A stretch of 64,000 nt of DNA, taken from positions 736,001-800,000 of the forward strand of contig OZ255836.1 in the NCBI GenBank assembly GCA_965277715.1, in the 5' to 3' direction. Below are positions 54,579 to 63,536 of this stretch, piece by piece. Made by a program: the position numbers and the translations under genes. The notes under the pieces were generated by a model. That model was not told the origin of the DNA and ran no database searches. It was given only the letters and a program-made list of their open reading frames with translations. Source of the stretch: Gammaproteobacteria bacterium (GTDB lineage Bacteria > Pseudomonadota > Gammaproteobacteria > JBCCGL01). How positions within the stretch are numbered: position 1 is the first letter of the stretch; each line of letters begins with the position of its first letter.

Positions 54579-55891
54579 CGGACAGAACCCATAACGACAT
54601 CGGGCAGCCAAGTAGCCATCTCTGGAATCAGGCAGAGTAAAACAATCGCTAAAACCATACAGGCGACATAGGGCAATGAACCGGTAAGGATTGTTTTCAG
54701 CGAGATTTCCGGCGCGATACCGTTAATCACATAGAGGTTAAGACCCACTGGAGGCGAAATTAACCCAATCTCCATGTTAATGGTCAACACAACGGCAAAC
54801 CATATTGGGTCGAAGCCGGCTGTTACGATAATGGGCAGCAATATCGGCGCCGCCATCAAGATGACTGCGACAGGCGGTAAAAAGAAACCGGCAATTAGGA
54901 GAAACACGTTGACGGCGCCCATCAACACCCAGCGATTAACATCCAACGTGCCGATCCACTCTGCGATGGATTGGGTGATGAATAGCGAAGACAACATATA
55001 AGAAAACACACCAGCGGCGGCGATGATGAATAGAATCATCACTGACTCCTTCGTACTGTCGCGCAACACCACCCAGATTGAACGAGGGTGCCAAAGCTTG
55101 TAGATGACAATAGCAATCAACAGGCAAAGCAAGGCACCTACGGCAGCAGTCTCTGAAGGCGTTGCTACTCCGCCATACATGGCATAGAGCACACCAATAA
55201 TAATGAGGATAAACGGTAGCACCCGGGGGAGAATTTCAAAACGCTCTGCCCACGTGTACCTGACTGAGCCCATTTGTGCTCTGTTACCCGAACGCCAGGT
55301 TGAATACAAAGACCACGCCATGAACAATCCGACCAGCATCAGCCCTGGAATTACCCCGGCGAGAAAGAGGCGACCAATGGATGTTTCTGTGGCGATGCCA
55401 TAGACAATCATCGTTACCGATGGGGGAATAAGGATACCCAGTGTTCCCCCTGCAGCGATTGAACCGGCCGCCACTGCGTCGGGATAGCCTCGTTTACGCA
55501 TTTCTGGGATACCCATTTTCCCAATAGCCGCACAGGTTGCCGGAGAAGAACCGGACATTGCTGAAAATAATGCGCACGCACCAAGGTTAGAAATCACCAG
55601 TCCGCCAGGTACACGCGTTAGCCAACGCTCAAGTGCTTCATACAAATCTGCACCGGCCCGGGTAGAGGCAACAGACGCGCCCATAATGATGAACATAGGG
55701 ATCGACAACAGTGCAAAGTTGTCCAGTTTTCCGAAGAGGATTTCAGGCATCAATTCCAGAGAACGCAGCCCGTCGAAGGTGATCAGAAACCCGGCAGATA
55801 CGATTAACAGGCCGATCGCCACTGACACACCGGAGAACAATACGAGGATGGTAGTGATGGCAACCAATCCACCAAGAAGTAAGGGATCCAA
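54575..55891 (-). CDS. dctM: TRAP large permease (malonate, MatM-like)
   Basis: GSSPATCAAIG, GGTLGILIPPS, SPPVGLNLYV. Confidence 0.92.
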   Translation of the reverse strand: MDPLLLGGLVAITTILVLFSGVSVAIGLLIVSAGFLITFDGLRSLELMPEILFGKLDNFALLSIPMFIIMGASVASTRAGADLYEALERWLTRVPGGLVISNLGACALFSAMSGSSPATCAAIGKMGIPEMRKRGYPDAVAAGSIAAGGTLGILIPPSVTMIVYGIATETSIGRLFLAGVIPGLMLVGLFMAWSLYSTWRSGNRAQMGSVRYTWAERFEILPRVLPFILIIIGVLYAMYGGVATPSETAAVGALLCLLIAIVIYKLWHPRSIWVVLRDSTKESVMILFIIAAAGVFSYMLSSLFITQSIAEWIGTLDVNRWVLMGAVNVFLLIAGFFLPPVAVILMAAPILLPIIVTAGFDPIWFAVVLTINMEIGLISPPVGLNLYVINGIAPEISLKTILTGSLPYVACMVLAIVLLCLIPEMATWLPDVVMGSVR

Positions 55892-55893
55892 GG

Positions 55894-56439
55894 TTAGTCC
55901 TCCAACCCGAAGGGTTTATCTATTTCCAGTAATACAGCCACAAGATCAGCAATTAACTGGAGAAGAAAAAGCGCAAAGCCGACGGGGAGGGCGAGGTAAG
56001 GTATCCAAAGGCGAACACCCCAAACGGTGTCTGAGCGCCACCCCCGATCCCATGCGATATGCCAGTGCTCAAAACCGTACCAAAGCATCACCGCGACAAT
56101 TGAGATGGATAAAACGGATGTCAGAATGGCCATCACGTATCGAGGCCGACGTGAAAGTGATAAAGGAATCAGATCCACATTCACATGACCCCGCAGGCGT
56201 TGGACATAAGAAAGCCCAATAAGGGTTGCGGCAACCATCAGATAGATGACCGCTTCGGTCTGCCACACTGTCGAGCCATTCAATACAAAGCGCACCACAA
56301 TCATCTGACATGTAATTGTCACTGCCAGGACGATCATCGCTGCTGATAGCCAACCTGCCAGGGTAGAGATGCCCGCGACAAACCGAAGAAAACGGTTACC
56401 TCTCGTGTTCGAAACAGCAAATGAGGATTGTCCTGCCAT
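55894..56439 (-). CDS. dctQ: TRAP small permease (MatQ-like)
   Basis: 4 TM helices, GHVNVD. Confidence 0.9.
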   Translation of the reverse strand: MAGQSSFAVSNTRGNRFLRFVAGISTLAGWLSAAMIVLAVTITCQMIVVRFVLNGSTVWQTEAVIYLMVAATLIGLSYVQRLRGHVNVDLIPLSLSRRPRYVMAILTSVLSISIVAVMLWYGFEHWHIAWDRGWRSDTVWGVRLWIPYLALPVGFALFLLQLIADLVAVLLEIDKPFGLED

Positions 56440-56464
56440 GATCGTTATCCTGTTAAGTGCATGT

Positions 56465-56495
56465 AAGAAAAGGGGCGGTTATATGTGTCGCCCCT
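56465..56495 (-). terminator. Terminator or stabilising hairpin between matP and matQ
   Basis: Minus strand AGGGGCGA-CACATATAA-CCGCCCCT-TTTCTT. Confidence 0.6.
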
Positions 56496-56516
56496 CACAA
56501 ACTCTTACCAGGATGA

Positions 56517-57512
56517 TTACTCGACAGCCAGCGCCATATCCAGCAGCGCTTGTCCATCCTTAACTTCTTCAACGAAGGCTTTGTATGATGTGTCTTGGGC
56601 AATAGCACGCCACGCTGCGAAATCACTTGCGCTCATCTCTGCAATTTCAACACCTGCCTCGCGGAACTTGTCAGTCGAAGCCGCATCTTGTTTCTTCGCC
56701 TCTGCCAGGTAAAAAGCCTCCGCCTTTTTGGAGGCAGCCAATAGAGCGCTTTGTTGGGCATCATTTAACCCGTCGAACGTTCCTTTATTCATCAATAACG
56801 GCTGATACATAAACCAAAGGGCTACGTCACCAGCAGGTGTATAGCAGCTCACTTGCTCATAAATACGATAAGATACAAATGAGGAAGACGAGGTATTGGC
56901 AGCGTTTAGAACCCCAGTTTGCATGGCATTGTAGATTTCTGATGACGCCATTGATGCTATCGATGCCCCGGCTCCCGCTAACATCTGCTCAAAAGCTTTT
57001 CCTGCGGCTCGGGTTTGCAGACCCTTTACATGCTCTGGCTTGGTGATGCACTTGTCCTTTCCTGCAAAGCCACCGGCGAGATAACCATGGACCAGTACCA
57101 TGACATCATCTTCAGCCATTTTTTTCTCCAACGCCTTCATAAAGGGAGATTTACTCAGTCGTGCAGCGTGATCATGGTTTTTAACCAGACCTGGCATCAG
57201 CGTTAGGTTGTAAGCTGGTTGTTGCCCGCCCGCGTAGCTAAGGGGCAGTACCGTCATGTCTAGCTGGCCACGACTCAACGGCTTGTATTGTTCTCGCGGC
57301 TTGAACAGTGATTTTGAGCCAAATATCTTGATAGAGAGATCAACATTTGCTGCAGCAACCTCATCTGCAACGATCTTTGCTACCTTGTGGCGAATGTCTT
57401 TGTTCGACCACTGGTGCGAAAGCCGCAGTTCAGCGGCGTATGAAGATTGGACTGCTAACCCAAGTAATAGAGCAGTTATTGAGCAAAAAGCTGTTTTTGT
57501 TACTGATTTCAT
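56517..57512 (-). CDS. dctP: TRAP substrate-binding protein (MatP-like DctP)
   Basis: Signal peptide, LRLSHQW, KGLQTR, EIYNAMQTGV; ATG 57512 with GGAGG RBS. Confidence 0.9.
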   Translation of the reverse strand: MKSVTKTAFCSITALLLGLAVQSSYAAELRLSHQWSNKDIRHKVAKIVADEVAAANVDLSIKIFGSKSLFKPREQYKPLSRGQLDMTVLPLSYAGGQQPAYNLTLMPGLVKNHDHAARLSKSPFMKALEKKMAEDDVMVLVHGYLAGGFAGKDKCITKPEHVKGLQTRAAGKAFEQMLAGAGASIASMASSEIYNAMQTGVLNAANTSSSSFVSYRIYEQVSCYTPAGDVALWFMYQPLLMNKGTFDGLNDAQQSALLAASKKAEAFYLAEAKKQDAASTDKFREAGVEIAEMSASDFAAWRAIAQDTSYKAFVEEVKDGQALLDMALAVE

Positions 57513-57591
57513 TAATTCTTCCTCCAAGTAATTTACCCATCAATAAAGGTGTTGCACAAATATAAGCCAATGTTGAATACTATAGAAATGT

Positions 57592-57605
57592 TATTGTATA
57601 CACAA
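57592..57605. promoter_or_regulatory. MatR (GntR) operator
   Basis: TATTGTATACACAA in the divergent matP/matR spacer resembles the TTGTATACA(A) MatR box known from rhizobia. Confidence 0.65.
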
Positions 57606-57631
57606 GGTTGCACTATGTATTTGTTAGATAA

Positions 57632-58315
57632 ATGGATAAACTAATGACCATGAAGCCAAGAGCTGCAGATAACGTTGCGAAAGAGCTAGAAGAGCTTATC
57701 TTCAACGGCACATTTACGGATGGTGACAGGTTAGATGAAATCCGCTTGGCTGAACATTTTGGTGTTTCCAGAACGCCAATTAGAGAAGCATTTCAGAAAC
57801 TTGCATATTCCGGCCTGTTGGAACTAATTCCCAGGCAGGGCGCGTTTATACGCCAACCAGGACCCATTGATCTGATCGAGATGTTCGAGGTGATGAGTGA
57901 GATGGAAGCAATCTGCGCTCGTCTAGCCACTATCCGAATTTCAAATGAGGCGCTAAATGAGCTTTATCGTGCCAACGAGAATTGCAGATTAGCAGTGGAT
58001 GCCGATACTCCAGATCAGTATTACTTTGAGAATGAAAAGTTTCACAAGATCATTTACAAACAATCTGGAAATGGTTTTCTAGAAGCAGAAGCCATCAGGT
58101 TACACAACCGGTTAAAGCCATTTCGCCGCCATCAACTGCGGTTACGTGGACGGATGGCACAATCGTTAAGTGAGCACGAAATGGTAGTGTCCGCGATGAA
58201 GGAAGGTAATCCGGAAGCCGCCGCCAATGCGCTTCGTGATCACGTTGCTGTTCAAGGTGAAAAGTTTCAAAACCTGATGGCGATCCTGAAAGAGTCTTCC
58301 AAACAATCAGCTTGA
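57632..58315 (+). CDS. matR: GntR/FCD-family regulator (MatR-like)
   Basis: LAEHFGVSRTPIREA HTH, FCD residues N..FH and EH..H; divergent from the mat TRAP genes. Confidence 0.85.
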   Translation: MDKLMTMKPRAADNVAKELEELIFNGTFTDGDRLDEIRLAEHFGVSRTPIREAFQKLAYSGLLELIPRQGAFIRQPGPIDLIEMFEVMSEMEAICARLATIRISNEALNELYRANENCRLAVDADTPDQYYFENEKFHKIIYKQSGNGFLEAEAIRLHNRLKPFRRHQLRLRGRMAQSLSEHEMVVSAMKEGNPEAAANALRDHVAVQGEKFQNLMAILKESSKQSA

Positions 58316-58535
58316 TTGTTTCACCCTTCAGACCAACCCCAGCGAAACCAGCTGTGCCCTATATTTACACATGCTATAAGGTGACACCTACTGGTGTTTA
58401 ACGGGTTAGCTTAGCGTTATTCCAGCTCTTGTTGCAAACGCTGCACAATGTCTTCAAAGTGCTTTTTTCCAACGACAGTATAAAGCGCAAAAGAGACCGC
58501 CATTGCACGCATCCGGGGTGTCCATTGGCTATCGT

Positions 58536-58574
58536 GAGGGTGTCGGGAAGCACAGTAGTTTTCTGATACACCTC
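58536..58574. repeat. Palindromic hairpin element, copy 2
   Basis: GAGGGTGTCGGGAAGCAC-A-GTAGTTTTCTGATACACCTC, overlapping the stop of the 106-aa gene. Confidence 0.55.
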
Positions 58575-58893
58575 AGAGTGGCAGGTAACGCAGCCCCCGA
58601 GGGGTCAGCTTGAGCAGGTGATTACCCACACTGTCGCGCTCAATAATGTCGACCAGACGCCGTTTTTCCAAGCGATCCAGTACATTAAGCACATCTTTGA
58701 AATCCAGGTTTGCACTGTTTACCAGGTCGTGAAGCCGTACTTCTTCGTCATCCGTTTCGGAGAGTTGGCGCAGCACCGCCTCGCCAATTGTTTCGGCTGC
58801 CTCGTCGATATAGTCTTGTGCAGCGTATTTTTTCTGCTGGGGCTTGTCTGGGCGCAGCCAGGAGACATCCAGCTGTTTTAAAATTTGGATCAT
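58573..58893 (-). CDS. Hypothetical protein, probable winged-helix DNA-binding fold
   Basis: LHDLVNSANLDFKDVLNVLDRLEKRRLVDI...LKLTPRG resembles a MarR-like wHTH wing; AGGCG-like RBS upstream. Confidence 0.6.
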   Translation of the reverse strand: MIQILKQLDVSWLRPDKPQQKKYAAQDYIDEAAETIGEAVLRQLSETDDEEVRLHDLVNSANLDFKDVLNVLDRLEKRRLVDIIERDSVGNHLLKLTPRGLRYLPL

Positions 58894-58988
58894 AACTGAT
58901 CGCCTAAGGGGTAATATGCTGTGTGTTGAGTGTACACAACCTCTATCTGGAAAAAATAAATCTGCGCACCTTACTTCATTGTTTTTGG

Positions 58989-59894
58989 TTAAGTCGCTGT
59001 TGTTTTCGCTCTATCTTTAAAATACTCATCAACAACCCCGGCAAATAACAGGCTGATTCGTGACATCGGTTTATTGGCCGGATAGAGCAAGACCAGATCA
59101 CTGGGAATCGATGGTTGGAAGGGTTTAACCACCAGCTTGTGGTGAATTTGCCCATGGTCGAAAACCGGCCCAATCACGGCGATACCCAGCCCGGCGGCGA
59201 CCATCCCACACACCGCGTCGGTCGTGCGTGCCTCGATGTGCATTTCACGTTGGCAGCCCGCTTCGCTAAAGGCTCTATCGATGGCATGGCGGGCGACCGA
59301 ATCGGATTTAAACGAGATAAATTTTTCACCGTGCAGGTCGTTGACATCGATGCTGTGCTGATCTGCCAATGGGTGGTGTCTGGGCAGAATACAGACTGCA
59401 TTACCACAGGCGACTGACCGTGTGCTCAGCGCTGGATTGTCGACGGGTTGGGTGGACAGCCCCACATCGCATTGCTGGGAAACCACCCAGTCAAATACCC
59501 GCTGTGAGGCCTGTACTTCGAGTGAGATGGCAATATTTGGATAGGCATCAGAAAATTTTGCAATTAACCCGGCCATCAGCGTCGAGGTCAGGCTGGGAAT
59601 GGTGATTAAACGCAGGCGCCCCTGCTGGCAATTGCGTATCGAGACCGCTGTGCTGTCGAGCTGTTCGAGGCCAATAAACGCACGCTCCACCTCGTCGAAA
59701 AAGGCATGCCCCTCGTTGGTTGGGAACAGTTGACGGTTTGCGCGGGTGAATAATTTGAAGCCGATATGTTGCTCCAAATCAGCCAGTATACGGCTGACTG
59801 CGGGCTGTGAAACAAACAGCATATTGGCGGCCTGAGTGACCGAGCCTGTCACCATAATGGCGCGAAATGCTTCAATTTGTCGCAGTGTTACCAT
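58989..59894 (-). CDS. LysR-type regulator
   Basis: LRQIEAF...GSVTQAA..L..SQPAVSR, LF.R. Confidence 0.94.
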   Translation of the reverse strand: MVTLRQIEAFRAIMVTGSVTQAANMLFVSQPAVSRILADLEQHIGFKLFTRANRQLFPTNEGHAFFDEVERAFIGLEQLDSTAVSIRNCQQGRLRLITIPSLTSTLMAGLIAKFSDAYPNIAISLEVQASQRVFDWVVSQQCDVGLSTQPVDNPALSTRSVACGNAVCILPRHHPLADQHSIDVNDLHGEKFISFKSDSVARHAIDRAFSEAGCQREMHIEARTTDAVCGMVAAGLGIAVIGPVFDHGQIHHKLVVKPFQPSIPSDLVLLYPANKPMSRISLLFAGVVDEYFKDRAKTTAT

Positions 59895-60075
59895 AGGGTT
59901 TACCCGCTCCAGGTATTAACTATTCATAACATACAATAATCAATGCAAACAGATAAAGCATTAGTTTTTATAAATTGAGCTATACATAATCTATTTACAA
60001 GCCCTGTTTTTCGGGCGGGATAGTGGGGATTTACCCAAGTGGCAGAAAGATAGCTATTGGCAAAGAATCGTATCG

Positions 60076-61551
60076 ATGCGTGCTATAAAAAAATATACGT
60101 TGTTCATTGGTGGTGAGTGGTGTGATCCGCACACCGGTGCGTGGTTTGACGCTGAAAACCCCTATAACGGTGAACAGTGGTGTGCCATTGCGCGTGCGGG
60201 CGCGGAGGATGTCGATGCCGCTGTTGCGGCGGCGCATAGGGCCTTTACGCAGGGTGCCTGGCCACAAATGCACGCTGTCGAACGGGCGCGATTGCTGCGC
60301 CGGGCAGGCGATATATTACGCAGCCGCTGCCAGCAGATCGCCGAACTTGAGATTCGCGACATCGGCAAGCGAATCACCGAGAGTGAAGCACAGATTCACG
60401 CGACGGCCGATTGGCTGGATTACTACGCCGGTCTCGCCGACAAAATAGAGGGCCGTGTGATCCCGCTGCCGCGTGCCGATGTGTTTAATTACACACTGCG
60501 TGAACCCCTGGGGGTAGTCGCTGCCATCACGCCGTGGAATTCGCCGGTAATGATCGCGGTATGGAAAATTGCCCCCGCTTTGGCGGCGGGCAATACGGTG
60601 ATCGTCAAGCCCTCTGAGCACGCCTCAGCCTCGACGCTGGCACTGATGCAGGTGTTTGAGGCGGCGGGTTTTCCCGCCGGTGTCGTCAACACCATTACCG
60701 GCTTCGCCAATGAATGCGGGCAAGCGCTGGTGGCGCATCCCGGCGTTGCCAAAGTCACTTTTACCGGCTCGGAGACTGGCGGGCGGGCAATCAATCAATC
60801 GGCTGGTGCCTCGTTTAAACGCGTGACGATGGAGCTGGGCGGTAAATCGCCGCAAATCGTTTTCCCCGATGCGGATATAAGTAGCGCAGTCAATGGGGTT
60901 ATCTCTGGTGTGTTTCTCTCCAATGGCCAGACCTGCGTCGCCGGTTCGCGTTTGTATTTGCACCGCGATATAGCCGATACGTTTGTCCAGCAATTGACTG
61001 CCGCACTGGCCGATTTGCGCATGGGCGACCCATTTGATCCCGCCACACAGATTGGCCCTATCGCCAACCGTCAACAGTTCGATAAGGTGATGGGGTTTAT
61101 CGAAGAGGCCTGCGCTGCGGGTGCCCACTGCCTCTACGGTGGGCATGCGTGTCCTGACGTGGGGCAGGGCCTGTTTATTCAGCCGACCGTTTTTACCAAT
61201 GTCAGTGCCGATATGCGTATTATGCGTGAAGAGGTGTTTGGGCCGGTATTGGTGGTGAGTCAGTTTGACGATGAAGAAGACGTCATCGCCAGGGCCAACG
61301 ATTCGCCCTATGGCCTCGCCGCCGGGGTGTGGACGCAAAATCTGCAACGGGCACATTCGATAGTCAAGCGCATTAATAGCGGTACGGTGTACGTAAACAC
61401 CTACCGCGCCGTTGGCGTTAGCTCTCCTGTAGGTGGCTATAAAAACAGTGGGTTTGGGCGTGAAAATGGTATCGAGGCGATCGATGAATTTTTACAAACG
61501 AAAAGTGTATGGGTGGGCATTGGTGAGGGCGTGGCTCACCCTTTGAAGTAA
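60076..61551 (+). CDS. NAD(P)-dependent aldehyde dehydrogenase
   Basis: ITPWN, KPSE, FTGS, MELGGKSP, GQTCVAG, EEVFGPV, SGFGRE. Confidence 0.95.
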   Translation: MRAIKKYTLFIGGEWCDPHTGAWFDAENPYNGEQWCAIARAGAEDVDAAVAAAHRAFTQGAWPQMHAVERARLLRRAGDILRSRCQQIAELEIRDIGKRITESEAQIHATADWLDYYAGLADKIEGRVIPLPRADVFNYTLREPLGVVAAITPWNSPVMIAVWKIAPALAAGNTVIVKPSEHASASTLALMQVFEAAGFPAGVVNTITGFANECGQALVAHPGVAKVTFTGSETGGRAINQSAGASFKRVTMELGGKSPQIVFPDADISSAVNGVISGVFLSNGQTCVAGSRLYLHRDIADTFVQQLTAALADLRMGDPFDPATQIGPIANRQQFDKVMGFIEEACAAGAHCLYGGHACPDVGQGLFIQPTVFTNVSADMRIMREEVFGPVLVVSQFDDEEDVIARANDSPYGLAAGVWTQNLQRAHSIVKRINSGTVYVNTYRAVGVSSPVGGYKNSGFGRENGIEAIDEFLQTKSVWVGIGEGVAHPLK

Positions 61552-61725
61552 GTGGTGAGTGTTTACCAATGCCTTTACACAGGATAAAGTGTGCCCAAGC
61601 TGTAGTGTGTTTGACGATATGCCGGGTAATGGCCAATGAAGGTGGTTTTTATATGATCTACACAACACAAAAAGAAAACCAGCGGTGGATGGCCGGTTTT
61701 GCCGCCTGAATACGCCAACACCGGT

Positions 61726-62547
61726 ATGCTTGAACGCCTGCCGCCGGGCAGGCGGTCGAGGTTGTTCACGCGTAAATCACCCCTCATCGATGTTGTGCAA
61801 CTGTTGCTGTTGCTGGGCGGGGTCGCCTGGTTGATTTACGCCGGTGCCGCCGCTATGGAGTACAACTGGCAATGGTATCGCGTGGATAAATTTATCTACC
61901 GTATAGTCGACGGTGAGTTTATTCCCGGCCGTTTGCTACAGGGGTTGGTGATTACCTTCAAGCTGACAGCGTTTAGTATGTTGCTTACGCTGATCATTGG
62001 TTTAATCACTACTTTACTGCGGTTATCTGACTCTTTCTCTGGGCGTTTACTCGCCACGATTTACCTCGAAGCCATTCGCAATACACCGCTCCTGGTACAG
62101 TTGTTTATTTTTTACTTTGTGCTCTCACCTATTATCGGCATTGACCGGTTTTGGACGGGCGTGTTGTGCCTGGCTTTTTTTGAAGGGTCATTTGCCGCAG
62201 AAATTCTGCGCGCTGGCATTCAGTCGGTGCCGCGTGGCCAGCGCGAAGCGGCCGATGCGATTGGTTTGTCGCGGTTTAACCGATTTCGCGATGTGATTTT
62301 ACCCCAATCGATCCCGCTGATTTTGCCGCCGCTGACCGGTTTGATTATCAATTTAATCAAACACTCCGCCATTGTCAGTGTGATCGCGGTGGCCGACCTG
62401 ACAACCGAGGGGTTAAATATTATTTCAGAGACATTTATGGCCTTTGAAATCTGGTTCACCGTTGCTGCGATTTACCTCGTGGTGACAGTGTCACTTTCAT
62501 TTTTTGTCTCCTGGATCGAACGCTATTTTCGCCAGGGCTTTAAATGA
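61726..62547 (+). CDS. Polar amino acid ABC transporter permease
   Basis: RNTPLLVQL, AEILRAGIQSVPRGQREAA (EAA motif); start uncertain (61699 or 61726). Confidence 0.92.
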   Translation: MLERLPPGRRSRLFTRKSPLIDVVQLLLLLGGVAWLIYAGAAAMEYNWQWYRVDKFIYRIVDGEFIPGRLLQGLVITFKLTAFSMLLTLIIGLITTLLRLSDSFSGRLLATIYLEAIRNTPLLVQLFIFYFVLSPIIGIDRFWTGVLCLAFFEGSFAAEILRAGIQSVPRGQREAADAIGLSRFNRFRDVILPQSIPLILPPLTGLIINLIKHSAIVSVIAVADLTTEGLNIISETFMAFEIWFTVAAIYLVVTVSLSFFVSWIERYFRQGFK

Positions 62548-62604
62548 AGCCTGAAGCCGTCGTTTAACGACGATAATAATTCCATTGTACGGAGGAAATA
62601 TCTG

Positions 62605-63435
62605 ATGAAGTTTCAACGTTTAACAAAAACCATCGTCGCTGCTGTTGCGGCTTTGGCGATAACGGGGCTGGCGCAAGCGGGTGTCCAACAGGATTTGGCC
62701 TCTGCCAGTGTTATTGAAGAGATAAAGAAGCGCGGTAGCCTGCGCGTGGGTATGGCGACATTTGTACCGTGGGCGATGCGTGATAAACAGGGCAACCTGA
62801 TTGGCTTTGAAATCGATGTGGCGAAAAAAGTTGCCGCCGATATGGAGGTCGAGGTTGAATTTGTACCAACTGCCTGGTCGGGCATTATCCCGGCACTTAT
62901 CGCCAGGAAATTCGATGTGATTATTGGTGGTATGTCGGTTACGCCCGGCCGTAACCTGACGGTTAACTTTACCACCCCTTACGCGCACTCCGGTCAGCAA
63001 ATGGTCGCCAGCAAAAAAGCAGCCGGTGGTTTCAAGTTGGCAGATTTTAACGATTCGAGCGTTACCATTGCCTGTCGACGTGGTGCCACACCGTGCAAAA
63101 TTGCCCAGAATACGTTCCCCAAAGCCACCATCAACCGCTTTGACGATGATGCCCAGGCGATTCAGGAAGTGCGCAATGGCAATGCACACGCGGTTATTTC
63201 ATCGGCGCCCAAGCCACGTTTTTGGATGTTGAAAAACCCCGAGGTATTGTTTATGCCGACAGAAAACAATCTGTCTACGGGTGATGAAGCATTCGCTTTG
63301 CGCAAAGGTGACCCGGACGCGTTGAATTTTTTCAGCAACTGGATTTTGGTTAATACCAGCAATGGTTGGCTGAAAGAGCGTCACAACTATTGGTTTACCC
63401 AGCAGGACTGGGCCGACCAGGTGGCAGAGCAATAA
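62605..63435 (+). CDS. Polar amino acid ABC transporter substrate-binding protein
   Basis: Signal peptide, GFEIDVA, W.GIIPAL...KFD.IIGGMS.T..R. Confidence 0.93.
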   Translation: MKFQRLTKTIVAAVAALAITGLAQAGVQQDLASASVIEEIKKRGSLRVGMATFVPWAMRDKQGNLIGFEIDVAKKVAADMEVEVEFVPTAWSGIIPALIARKFDVIIGGMSVTPGRNLTVNFTTPYAHSGQQMVASKKAAGGFKLADFNDSSVTIACRRGATPCKIAQNTFPKATINRFDDDAQAIQEVRNGNAHAVISSAPKPRFWMLKNPEVLFMPTENNLSTGDEAFALRKGDPDALNFFSNWILVNTSNGWLKERHNYWFTQQDWADQVAEQ

Positions 63436-63463
63436 AGTAACGCGATTTAGCAATACCCTCGTC

Positions 63464-63508
63464 AGGGTGTCGGAAAATGCCGTAAACGCGGTGGTTTTTC
63501 GGCACCCT
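63464..63508. repeat. Palindromic hairpin element, copy 3
   Basis: AGGGTGTCGGAAAATGCCG-TAAACG-CGGTGGTTTTTCGGCACCCT between the SBP and the second permease. Confidence 0.6.
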
Positions 63509-63536
63509 TATTGATTGGGTTGTTATCGGATACACG

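Larger units (their letters stand above)
52517..58387. mobile_element. Putative non-autonomous cassette carrying the malonate (mat) module, family unassigned
   Basis: Imperfect 28-bp inverted repeats: 52524-52551 CTTACAATACGTGCAAATGTAGGGCACA versus revcomp of 58353-58380 CTTATAGCATGTGTAAATATAGGGCACA (22/28). Each lies exactly 7 nt inside a direct repeat CTACTGG (52510-52516 and 58388-58394). Confidence 0.62.

Noticed and set aside
58326-58340. GGTCTGAAG on the minus strand matching the start of the Tn3-like IR
   Set aside because: Only 9 bp match and the similarity does not extend, so it is not a third IR.
58417-58575. The TGA of the wHTH gene is followed by 51 in-frame sense codons and a hairpin (selenocysteine or readthrough?)
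   Set aside because: The hairpin belongs to the dispersed palindrome family, the context is not a redox Cys motif, and the first 20 downstream codons look non-coding.
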